In this document: piece by piece, positions 1 to 8,799 of the stretch
Layout: each line of letters begins with the position of its first letter
Numbering within the stretch: the first letter of the stretch is position 1
Virus record (IMG/VR): IMGVR_UViG_3300023703_000810
Length of the DNA stretch: 64,000 nt
Source of the DNA: an uncultured virus (IMG/VR IMGVR_UViG_3300023703_000810)
Lineage: Duplodnaviria; Heunggongvirae; Uroviricota; Caudoviricetes
Strand: one strand, 5' to 3'
Position numbers and translations under genes: made by a program
The notes under the pieces: model-generated
What the model saw: the letters and a program-made list of their open reading frames with translations, nothing else
Told to the model about the DNA's origin: nothing
The model's database searches: none

Positions 1-28
1 AATAACACCACCTTTATTTAGAGAAAAT

Positions 29-1177
29 ATGTCACTCATCTCAGACGCAAAAGCAGCTGCAGACGCTATCAAAAACGGAGTTTCTTCTGTCAAAGAAGGG
101 ATCAATAGCTATGCTAAATCATTAGAGAATCCAGAAAATCTATGGACAGCTAGAGGTGGTCCAACGCCCTTCGAAGATAGAACTTACGACGTTAAAAGCC
201 ATTGTTACCCATCTGATCTTATGGCTTCTGATGGACGTTATGGTGGACACTATGCAATGTTCTACATCAACGTAGCGACAGATTCTAAGTTATTCAAAAG
301 TGGTACAGTAGAGACTGTTGAGAATTATTCTCCTAGAGATCGTGGTGATTTAATTGGTCAGTCTATGACAAGAGCTGGCTTGGTTGGTTCTAATGCAGCT
401 GTTATCGGTGTCGAAGCATACGCAGCTAAGAAACTTGGTATTGGTTCAGCAGATATTAATGCAAAAGTTGCAGCAGCTGCCACAGTCGGTGTTGGTGTTG
501 CTGCTACTATGGCTCCAGATGCTAAACGTTCTCAGCGTAGATTGAAGACTGCCATCGCTCTTCATATTCCGAATCAATTGTCTATTCACTATGGTGTTCA
601 GTGGTCCGACGACGACACCAGCATGCTTGCTATGGCTAATGCTGCTGGTACTGAAATTATGAAGGCTGTGACACCTGGATCTAAAGACAGTAACATTAGT
701 GGCGTTGCCCAAGCTGTTATTGCCAATATCGCTCTGTCAAAAGGTCCAAATGCTTCTGCTAACTCTGCAGCACTTGGTCTAGCAGCAAACCCTAAAAAAG
801 AACAAGTGTTCAAAGGCGTAGACTTTAGAACATTCTCTTTCGATTATCAGTTCTTCCCAAGAAATGAACCAGAAGCTAAGAATGTTCTTAGAATCATCGA
901 AGAGTTCAAGTATCATATGCATCCAGAATTTAAGGATGCCAACAATTTCGTTTACATTTACCCTTCTGAGTTTGACATTATGTACTATTCAGGTGGTGTA
1001 GAAAACAGAGCTATCCATCGTCATACATCTTGTGTATTGACTGATGTGAATATCAACTATACACCTAACGGTATGTTCACCACATTTGCAAATGGTATGC
1101 CTACTCAAATCAATGTCACATTGAATTTCCGTGAATTGGCTCTGTTGACAAAAGATAAAATTAAGGACGGTCTATAA
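29..1177 (+). CDS. gp48: Baseplate tail-tube cap, T4 gp48-like
   Basis: C-terminal NPKKEQVFKGVDFRTFSFDYQFFP...CVLTDVNINYTP...LNFREL motif; lies before gp53. Confidence 0.8.
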   Translation: MSLISDAKAAADAIKNGVSSVKEGINSYAKSLENPENLWTARGGPTPFEDRTYDVKSHCYPSDLMASDGRYGGHYAMFYINVATDSKLFKSGTVETVENYSPRDRGDLIGQSMTRAGLVGSNAAVIGVEAYAAKKLGIGSADINAKVAAAATVGVGVAATMAPDAKRSQRRLKTAIALHIPNQLSIHYGVQWSDDDTSMLAMANAAGTEIMKAVTPGSKDSNISGVAQAVIANIALSKGPNASANSAALGLAANPKKEQVFKGVDFRTFSFDYQFFPRNEPEAKNVLRIIEEFKYHMHPEFKDANNFVYIYPSEFDIMYYSGGVENRAIHRHTSCVLTDVNINYTPNGMFTTFANGMPTQINVTLNFRELALLTKDKIKDGL

Positions 1178-1178
1178 A

Positions 1179-1934
1179 ATGTACTTTAAGGATTTTCCGA
1201 AAGTCTTATATGACTTCGACATCAATACTAAAAAGTCAGAAGGAACACAAGCCACTGCTATCGCTAACTTAGCTGCAGGTGGTGTTGGTTCAGTAACTAT
1301 CGTTAACCCAGGATCTGGTTATACCTCAGCTTCTGTTACATTCTCTGAACCAGACACTGCAGGTGTCACTGCTTCTGCAAAGGCTGTTATTTCTAATGGT
1401 GTTATCACTAACATTATTATGCTGACTACTGGAACTGGTTACACGCAAACACCAACAGTAGTTATCACTGCACCTTACGGTATCATTAAGAAAGAGACCA
1501 AGGCATTCGTGATGACAGATATCTCTAGAAACATTCGTTTTAGAAGAGACATTCTGGCAAACATCTCAGTATACGATGAGTATGACATTGTTGATGGTGA
1601 AACACCAGAGATTATTGCAGAGAAAGTATATGGTAATCCACAGTATCACTGGATTGTGATGTTAGCGAATGACATTTATGACTATCGTGCAGACTTTCCT
1701 TTAACTCAGTTGGCATTAGAGAAGTTTGTATCTGACAAGTACGGGCAGGATGCTGATGCAACTAAACACTATGTAAATGCAGAAGGTTATGTAGTAAATG
1801 CAGATTCTGCTGGTGCTGTGCCACTATCAAATAGACAGTACGAAGAGATTATCAATGAATCTAAACGCAGAATCAAGTTAATCTCTAAAGATCTAATTTC
1901 TGTTGTTTTGAAAAACTTTAAAGATCAACTATAA
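1179..1934 (+). CDS. gp53: Baseplate wedge subunit gp53 with inserted GSGYT repeat module
   Basis: MYFKDFP start; YDIVDGETPEIIAEKVYGNPQYHWIVMLANDI LysM-like core; ~80-aa insert near the N-terminus. Confidence 0.85.
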   Translation: MYFKDFPKVLYDFDINTKKSEGTQATAIANLAAGGVGSVTIVNPGSGYTSASVTFSEPDTAGVTASAKAVISNGVITNIIMLTTGTGYTQTPTVVITAPYGIIKKETKAFVMTDISRNIRFRRDILANISVYDEYDIVDGETPEIIAEKVYGNPQYHWIVMLANDIYDYRADFPLTQLALEKFVSDKYGQDADATKHYVNAEGYVVNADSAGAVPLSNRQYEEIINESKRRIKLISKDLISVVLKNFKDQL

Positions 1935-3217
1935 TGCAATCGTCAGAACAAGCAGTTAGATTTGCTGGTGATGTAAACATCGGCAAAATTAAAATCGTAA
2001 CACGAAATGGATTAGCGCAAGACGTAACAGCGCAGGTTATTAACATCCAAATTTTTGAAGACTTGTTCTCTCCATTTATCACAGGCAGTTTGATTCTCAA
2101 AGAATCTCTAGACCTTATCAACTTATTTCCATTCCAAGGTGAGGAAGAAGTCGAGATCGAGATCAATACACCATCTCTACAAAATGGTAACATCAAGTCT
2201 AAGTTCTATATCTACAAGATGACTGATAGAGAACTACTTGGCGACAGAAGTATGGTGTATCAGCTACACTTTATCTCTAATGAAGCTATCGTCGACTTGA
2301 ACAAAAAGATCAGTAAAGTTTATGGTGATAAGCCTGAATCTATCATTAAGAGTTTACTGGAAGATCAGGTCAATGGACTACAAAGCGAGAAAACTCTAAC
2401 TGCAGATTCGACTGCTAAAATCGCTAAGTTTATATCTAACTTCTGGTCACCAGTTGAAGCTATCAACTATGTTACGCAACTAGCTGAAAGTAAAACAGGA
2501 TCTCCAAATTTTGTATTCTATGAGAACAGAGATGGATTCTATTTTAAGAGTCTTGAGAGTTTATACGAAGCATTACCATATCAAGAGTTTGTGTTAGACA
2601 AGTACATGCGTGATAGTAAACAAAATGGTGGTGACGCTAAGAACGTTCAAGAAGATTACAAACGTATTAACTCCATCAGTATACCTACTGGTTTTGATTA
2701 TATGGATCGTATTCGTAGTGGTATGTTTTCATCTAAGTTGATTTCATATGACCTAACTAAGAAGGCGTACAACGTTAAGAACTACAATATGTTCGATGAT
2801 TTCTCCAAGCAGAAACATTTGAATGAGTTTAACGTTGCTTCTAGTAAAGCTATCTTCAGATCCAATTCTAGAATTATGAATTATCCAAGAGCCAATGCAA
2901 ACTTTTCTGGTTTTGGGGATGCCACGAACTACAGAAATACTCAACAACGTCTTTCACTATTGAAGGCTGCAGAATCTAATAAGATTCAGATTATTGTTCC
3001 AGGTCGTTGCGACTATACTGTTGGTCAAAAGGTTAAAGTTACCTTAAACAAGATGGAACCGATTTCTGCGAATGATTCAGATATTACTGATAAGATGTTC
3101 TCTGGCTATTATCTAATCTCTGCTATCAACCACGATATCAATAGAGAAAAACACGAGTGTAATATGGAACTAATTAAGGACTCATTAATGATGAGCGTTG
3201 ACAGGAATACAAAATAA
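1934..3217 (+). CDS. Baseplate hub protein (gp27-like)
   Basis: Between gp53 and gp5; IFEDLFSPFITG, FVFYENRDGFYFKSLE and SGYYLISAINH motifs typical of T4-like hub proteins. Confidence 0.65.
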   Translation: MQSSEQAVRFAGDVNIGKIKIVTRNGLAQDVTAQVINIQIFEDLFSPFITGSLILKESLDLINLFPFQGEEEVEIEINTPSLQNGNIKSKFYIYKMTDRELLGDRSMVYQLHFISNEAIVDLNKKISKVYGDKPESIIKSLLEDQVNGLQSEKTLTADSTAKIAKFISNFWSPVEAINYVTQLAESKTGSPNFVFYENRDGFYFKSLESLYEALPYQEFVLDKYMRDSKQNGGDAKNVQEDYKRINSISIPTGFDYMDRIRSGMFSSKLISYDLTKKAYNVKNYNMFDDFSKQKHLNEFNVASSKAIFRSNSRIMNYPRANANFSGFGDATNYRNTQQRLSLLKAAESNKIQIIVPGRCDYTVGQKVKVTLNKMEPISANDSDITDKMFSGYYLISAINHDINREKHECNMELIKDSLMMSVDRNTK

Positions 3218-6200
3218 TGTTTTATACAGGCGTAGTTGAAAATAGACAAGATCCACTACAACTTGGTCGTTGCCAAGTTCGTATTGTAGGACTTCATACA
3301 CACGACAAGGCTCAGTTACCAACTGAACAATTACCATGGTCTGTGCCAGTCCAATCAGTTACATCTGCTGCGATGAACGGTATTGGTGCTACCCCAATCG
3401 GTCCAGTTGAAGGTACTACTGTCATTATTGGATTTATGGATGATGCTCAGCAACAACCAATTATGTTCGGTACTATCGGTGGCATTCCACAAGCACCTAA
3501 AGCTATTGAAGACGACGATAGTGGAACAGCTATTGAAGGTTCTACAAAACTAAAAGATATTGTTCTTAGAACAGTAGATGGACCAACCAACGGCACCAAA
3601 CTAACATTCATTGATAGAGAAACAGGAAGAACTGATCTAACAACTGGCTTAACTGCTAATATGAAAGTTGTTGGGTTTGGATTATCAGATAACTGTTTTA
3701 TCGTCACTGTAGATAATTCTACTCAGATTACAATTAGCGAGATTGTCACAGGTTATGGTGAGAACATCATTACCTTTAAACCAGCTGCAACTAACATTGA
3801 TGCGGTTAACAAAAGCAAGCTAGAAGGTGTATTAACAACTGCAACTGGACTGCCTGTAACTACAAGTAATGGCACTCCTGTTGTAGCTGCTCCTGAAGCT
3901 GGTGCTCCAGCAAGAACAGACACAAACGTTTCTATTCCAACTATTCCACCACCTAAAGAATCTCCAGATACTTCTAAGTCATCTGCAGGTATCAAAGCAC
4001 TTATTGCTGCTTGTGATAAAGTTGGACTAACCACTAAAGAACAAAAGTGTGCATTATTGGGTATCGCTGGTGGTGAAACACGTTGGATTCCACAGCTAGA
4101 ATCATATAACTACTCAGCTTCTCGTATGAAGCAGATCTACTCATTTGCCACTGATGAAGATATCGCAAGATACTCTGATGCTTCTAAGAAAGGCATCACA
4201 CGTGAGCAGTTCTTCTCTTGGGCATATGGTCCAACTAAACGTGGTAAAGGTTTCCTTGGAAACTTAACAGATGAAGATGGTGGTAAGTATTACGGTCGTG
4301 GTTTCATTCAGTTAACTGGACGCGCAAACTATGCTCGATATCAGAAACTTGCTCAAGCTGAAGGCATAAACATCGACTTGATTAACAATCCAGATTCATT
4401 AGATTCTGATATTAACGTGTCAGCTTTGGTTGCTGCTCTCTATATTAAGGATCGTGTAGCAAAGGGCACTAAACCTACAGACCACCCTGGATATTTTTAT
4501 GCAGCTAAGAAAGCTGTCGGTGTAAACTCACCAGACATCACTGCTAAGAAAACTGCATACTATGAATATTTCTATGGATCTCAATCGACTGGTTCTGTAG
4601 ATAAAGATGCTGGTGCTCCACCAGCAGCACCTCCTGCAGATTTTAATGGAACACCTGGACCTTCTGCTGAGTCGATCAAACGTGGCACAGACAATACTGG
4701 TTTCCGTGACCCTAACAACAAATATCCACTTCAAGAATATTTGAATGAACCAGACACTAACCGTCTGGCACGTGGTATCATAGATGGAACTATCGTTGAG
4801 AAGAAAGACTCCAACATAGTTAAAGGAATTCCAAAGGCGCTTGATAGTGGATCGTGGGATCAACCTGCTCCACCATTTGGCGCAAAGTATCCATATAATA
4901 AAGTATTCGAGACTGAGTCTGGTCACGTACAAGAGTTTGATGATACTCCTGGCCAAGAACGTATTCACACATACCATCGCGCAGGAACATTCCAAGAGAT
5001 TGATGCTAATGGTTCTGTAACAAATTACATTGTCGGCGACAAGTTCACTTTGATGGAACGTAATGGATGCATCCACGTTGGTGGAGAGTGCAACATTACT
5101 GTTGATGGTAACTTAAACGTGTTTGCCAGAACTGATGCCAATATTGAAGTTTCTCAGAACGCAAACATCAGAGTTGGCAATAACGTAGATCTTGGTGTTG
5201 CCAATGATATGTACATCGCTGCTGGTGGAGACATTCTAGTTAAAGCGGGTGGGTCTTTTGCTGTAGAAGCAAACTCTATTAGCCATAAAGGTGAAACAGT
5301 AAATACTGAATCCGCAGCAGATATGAGTATTCTTGCTGGAGGTACATTGCACGCCGACTATGCTGAAGGTCAATTCGGCAACGGTGCTGACGGTGCCACA
5401 GTTGTTGAACTTACTCCACCTCCAGCTGGTTCTCCAGTTAGCCCTTCTGTGCCATATCTGATTCCACCTGAGCGCCAGACTGAAGAACTTGCAGCTAATG
5501 AGACTCCAGAGGACTACTCAACTCCAGAAGGACGCGCAGCTTCTAATGCTCAGACACAAGCTGGAATTCCAGGTGCTCCTGCTCCAGTTGCTTCTGAAGA
5601 AGCTGGTACACCATCAGGCGGTTCTGGCAAGCAGATTCCAGTAGATTGTAAGATTATCTACGGTACTAAGAACTTTACGAACGACTACACCCTTTCTAAG
5701 AACTTCACTCTTGGTATGTGTATGGATGGTGGTGTTAATGGTAAGCATAAACTGGTCGACCAGATGCTTAAAGAATCTGCAAACTCTGCTGAACGTATTT
5801 ACACTGTCCAAGAGATTGTGTGTAACTTAGCTATGTCTGCTCAGAACATTCTCGAACCATACCTAGAAGCACTTCCAGGTGGTATTGGTGGATACAACAA
5901 ACAATGGAAGATTTCTTCTGGTTATCGCCTAAAGGGTGTTGTGCCAACTGAGTCTCCATTCTCTGATCACTGTAAGGGTCATTGTTTCGATATCGCATTG
6001 TTGTTACCAGATCGTTACAATAAGACATATCAGTTAGTTCAGCAACTAGAGAAGTTGATCACATACGATCAATTGATTCTAGAGTATCGTTATCCAGAGT
6101 CTGTTTGGATCCACACTGGTTACAAACCACAAGGAAACCGTAAGATGGCATTCACTATGGTAAACGACGCTGTATACAAACGTGATTCTAAAGGTATCCC

Positions 6201-6252
6201 ATCTGGGTTTGTTCTGTTGGATTCTATTCCACCGAAAGCTAAGAAGGTATGA
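3217..6252 (+). CDS. gp5: Baseplate spike gp5: OB-fold, GH19-like lysozyme, beta-helix and C-terminal M15-like peptidase
   Basis: GVVENRQDPLQLGRCQVRI (gp5 OB-fold); YYGRGFIQLTGRANY (GH19); YPYNKVFETESGHVQEFDDTPG (gp5 C region); ISSGYR..SDHCKGHCFD..WIH (M15). Confidence 0.9.
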   Translation: MFYTGVVENRQDPLQLGRCQVRIVGLHTHDKAQLPTEQLPWSVPVQSVTSAAMNGIGATPIGPVEGTTVIIGFMDDAQQQPIMFGTIGGIPQAPKAIEDDDSGTAIEGSTKLKDIVLRTVDGPTNGTKLTFIDRETGRTDLTTGLTANMKVVGFGLSDNCFIVTVDNSTQITISEIVTGYGENIITFKPAATNIDAVNKSKLEGVLTTATGLPVTTSNGTPVVAAPEAGAPARTDTNVSIPTIPPPKESPDTSKSSAGIKALIAACDKVGLTTKEQKCALLGIAGGETRWIPQLESYNYSASRMKQIYSFATDEDIARYSDASKKGITREQFFSWAYGPTKRGKGFLGNLTDEDGGKYYGRGFIQLTGRANYARYQKLAQAEGINIDLINNPDSLDSDINVSALVAALYIKDRVAKGTKPTDHPGYFYAAKKAVGVNSPDITAKKTAYYEYFYGSQSTGSVDKDAGAPPAAPPADFNGTPGPSAESIKRGTDNTGFRDPNNKYPLQEYLNEPDTNRLARGIIDGTIVEKKDSNIVKGIPKALDSGSWDQPAPPFGAKYPYNKVFETESGHVQEFDDTPGQERIHTYHRAGTFQEIDANGSVTNYIVGDKFTLMERNGCIHVGGECNITVDGNLNVFARTDANIEVSQNANIRVGNNVDLGVANDMYIAAGGDILVKAGGSFAVEANSISHKGETVNTESAADMSILAGGTLHADYAEGQFGNGADGATVVELTPPPAGSPVSPSVPYLIPPERQTEELAANETPEDYSTPEGRAASNAQTQAGIPGAPAPVASEEAGTPSGGSGKQIPVDCKIIYGTKNFTNDYTLSKNFTLGMCMDGGVNGKHKLVDQMLKESANSAERIYTVQEIVCNLAMSAQNILEPYLEALPGGIGGYNKQWKISSGYRLKGVVPTESPFSDHCKGHCFDIALLLPDRYNKTYQLVQQLEKLITYDQLILEYRYPESVWIHTGYKPQGNRKMAFTMVNDAVYKRDSKGIPSGFVLLDSIPPKAKKV

Positions 6253-6560
6253 CAGCGGTAACTTACAAGGGTGCGATGAGTAAGGGTTCTGTAGAAACTC
6301 CTACTGCTCCACCCACCCCACTAACAAAAAAGATTCAATGTTCTAAGAGTTATGTTGGTGGTAAGCTAATCGGTGTAGTTGGTGATCAGTTCGAAGACCA
6401 CACTAACATAGTTGGTACTTTACATCAAGACGCACTAAGACAGATAACTTCTGGTGCTTCAAAAACATACTTTGAAGGTAATCTCGCTGCAAGAGTTGAT
6501 GATCCAGTCGCTGACGGCGATCAAGTTGCAGACGGAGATGCAAAGACTTTCATAGAATAA
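6249..6560 (+). CDS. PAAR-like spike tip protein (gp5.4-like)
   Basis: Directly after gp5; GKLIGVVGD and GNLAARVDD PAAR-like segments. Confidence 0.75.
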   Translation: MTAVTYKGAMSKGSVETPTAPPTPLTKKIQCSKSYVGGKLIGVVGDQFEDHTNIVGTLHQDALRQITSGASKTYFEGNLAARVDDPVADGDQVADGDAKTFIE

Positions 6561-6561
6561 C

Positions 6562-6568
6562 CTAAATA
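6562..6568 (+). promoter_or_regulatory. T4-type late promoter element (CTAAATA)
   Basis: Intergenic, before gp25; the same element precedes other late genes. Confidence 0.55.
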
Positions 6569-6573
6569 AGAAT

Positions 6574-6966
6574 ATGGCACGCAATACAAGAATCTTCTCA
6601 GATTTAGACTTTAACTTCACCGCTCATCCTGTGACTGGTGACGTATCACGCAGATTTGATGAAAACGCTATCAAAACTAGTCTGAAAAATCTGATTCTAA
6701 CAAGCAACTACGAAAGACCTTTCCACAGCGAAATCGGCAGTCCGATCAAGAAGATGTTGTTCGAACCATCAACACCAATGCTTGAGGTTATGCTTCGTCG
6801 AGGAATCTTGGATACTATCGACAACTTTGAACCACGTGTTCAGGTTATGGACGTAATTGTGGTTGTCAATCCAGATGAATATACAGTTGGTGTCACTATT
6901 GAGTTCAAAATTGTAAATACCAACCTACCACTTACTCTTGACTTAACGCTAGAGAGAACACGATAA
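6574..6966 (+). CDS. gp25: Baseplate wedge gp25
   Basis: FSDLDFNF..HPVTGD, AIKTSLKNL..ERPF, NFEPRV. Confidence 0.92.
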   Translation: MARNTRIFSDLDFNFTAHPVTGDVSRRFDENAIKTSLKNLILTSNYERPFHSEIGSPIKKMLFEPSTPMLEVMLRRGILDTIDNFEPRVQVMDVIVVVNPDEYTVGVTIEFKIVNTNLPLTLDLTLERTR

Positions 6967-8799
6967 ATGGCAACGAATAAGAAAATTAACGTAACAGAAT
7001 TAGACTTCGATAACATCAAGTCTAACTTAAAAGAATTCCTAAAGGGACAAGAGCAGTTTCAAGATTATGATTTTGAAGGTTCTGCAATGTCCGTTTTGTT
7101 AGACGTTCTTGCTTATAACACTCACTATAATGCTCTGTATAACAACATGGCTATCAATGAGATGTTCTTGGAGTCTGCGCGTAAACGCAATAGCGTCGTG
7201 TCACTTGCCAAGATGCTTGGTTACACTCCACGTTCTGCCGCTTGTGCAAGAGCTATCGTAACAGTAACTGTTTCTGGTGGAACTAATTCTCCTTCTGCGA
7301 TTACACTACCTGCATTCTCAGAGTTCACTACAAACGTAGATGGTGCTCAATATACTTTCTTTAATACAGGATCTGTTACATCTTCTAAATCCAATAACGC
7401 TTATACATTCACTGATGTTGAAATTGTAGAAGGTAAGCCATTGACATATAAGTATGTTGTTGGCTCTGGTACACGTTATCTGATTCCAAATGCTAACGTA
7501 GACTTATCTACACTGAAGGTGCAGGTTCAAGAGAATCCAACTTCTAGTTTGTACGAAACATGGTCTAATTCAGACACAGTTGTAAATGCGACACCTACAT
7601 CAAAATCTTTCTGGGTTAAAGAAATCGACGATGGTCTTTATGAAATCACATTCGGTGATGGTAATATTGGTCGTGCATTAAATTCTGGTAACGTAGTTCA
7701 CCTAGAATATTTCGTTTCTAGCTTAGACGCTGCAAATGGCGCTAAGACATTTAGCTATAATGGTGCGACACTGCTCGGTGGTGGTACTGTTAACGTTATT
7801 ACTACTGGTATCGCTTCTAATGGTTCAGATAAAGAATCAAATGACAGTATTCGTTTCAATGCTCCAAAGTTCTATGCTGCTCAAAACCGTGCAGTTACTC
7901 CAGATGACTACAAGGCTCTAATTTACGCTAACGTACCAGAAGCAAAATCTGTTTCTGTTTGGGGTGGTGAGGATAACAATCCTCCAGTATACGGTAAGAC
8001 ATTTATCTGCATCAAACCAAAAGATGCGACTAAGCTAACTTCTGTTCAGAAGGCTGCTATCACTTCTTCTGTTTTGAGTAAACGTAACGTTGTTTCTGTT
8101 ATCCCAGAGATTGTAGATCCAGAGTATATCAATATTGCATTGAATATTGCTGTGTACTACAACGAACAAGAAACTACAAAAACTGCTTCAGAAATCGCTA
8201 CCCTTGTTCGTCAGACAGTTATTTCTTATAACGATTCCGACCTTCAAACATTCGATGGTGTATTCCGTTTCTCTAAGCTAAGTAAACTTATCGATGAGAC
8301 AGATCCTTCTATCGTAAATAATATCACAACTGTGATGCTTCGTCGTAAATTGACACCACGTTATAACGTGTCTGCTCAGTATCTGTTAAATATTATTAAC
8401 CCTATTTACTACTCTGGTGTTGCTGAGGAATCTTTCTCTAGCACTGGTTTCTATATTGCTGGTTCTGACCAGATCCACTATCTTGATGATGATGGTTCTA
8501 AGTATGTTCGTATGTTCCGTTATGGACAAAACGCTGCTAAGATTTATGTAGACAATCAGATCGGTACTATTGACTATGCCAATGGTATCGTTGATATTAA
8601 GAACCTAAACATCACTGCTTTGGCAGATGTTGACTTTGAAATTTCTATCGCTCCACAATCTAACGACGTAGTTTCTGCTCTTACTCAAGTTGCAGAAATT
8701 GCCACAGACCACTTGAAGATTACCGCTATCGCTGATAAAACAGCTTCTGGTGACCTACGTGGTGGATACAACTATCAGTTCACTTCTAGTCGTTCATAA
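6967..8799 (+). CDS. gp6: Baseplate wedge gp6
   Basis: ELDFDNIK..FQDYDFEGS..LDVLAYNTHY; AQNRAVTPDDY. Confidence 0.92.
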   Translation: MATNKKINVTELDFDNIKSNLKEFLKGQEQFQDYDFEGSAMSVLLDVLAYNTHYNALYNNMAINEMFLESARKRNSVVSLAKMLGYTPRSAACARAIVTVTVSGGTNSPSAITLPAFSEFTTNVDGAQYTFFNTGSVTSSKSNNAYTFTDVEIVEGKPLTYKYVVGSGTRYLIPNANVDLSTLKVQVQENPTSSLYETWSNSDTVVNATPTSKSFWVKEIDDGLYEITFGDGNIGRALNSGNVVHLEYFVSSLDAANGAKTFSYNGATLLGGGTVNVITTGIASNGSDKESNDSIRFNAPKFYAAQNRAVTPDDYKALIYANVPEAKSVSVWGGEDNNPPVYGKTFICIKPKDATKLTSVQKAAITSSVLSKRNVVSVIPEIVDPEYINIALNIAVYYNEQETTKTASEIATLVRQTVISYNDSDLQTFDGVFRFSKLSKLIDETDPSIVNNITTVMLRRKLTPRYNVSAQYLLNIINPIYYSGVAEESFSSTGFYIAGSDQIHYLDDDGSKYVRMFRYGQNAAKIYVDNQIGTIDYANGIVDIKNLNITALADVDFEISIAPQSNDVVSALTQVAEIATDHLKITAIADKTASGDLRGGYNYQFTSSRS

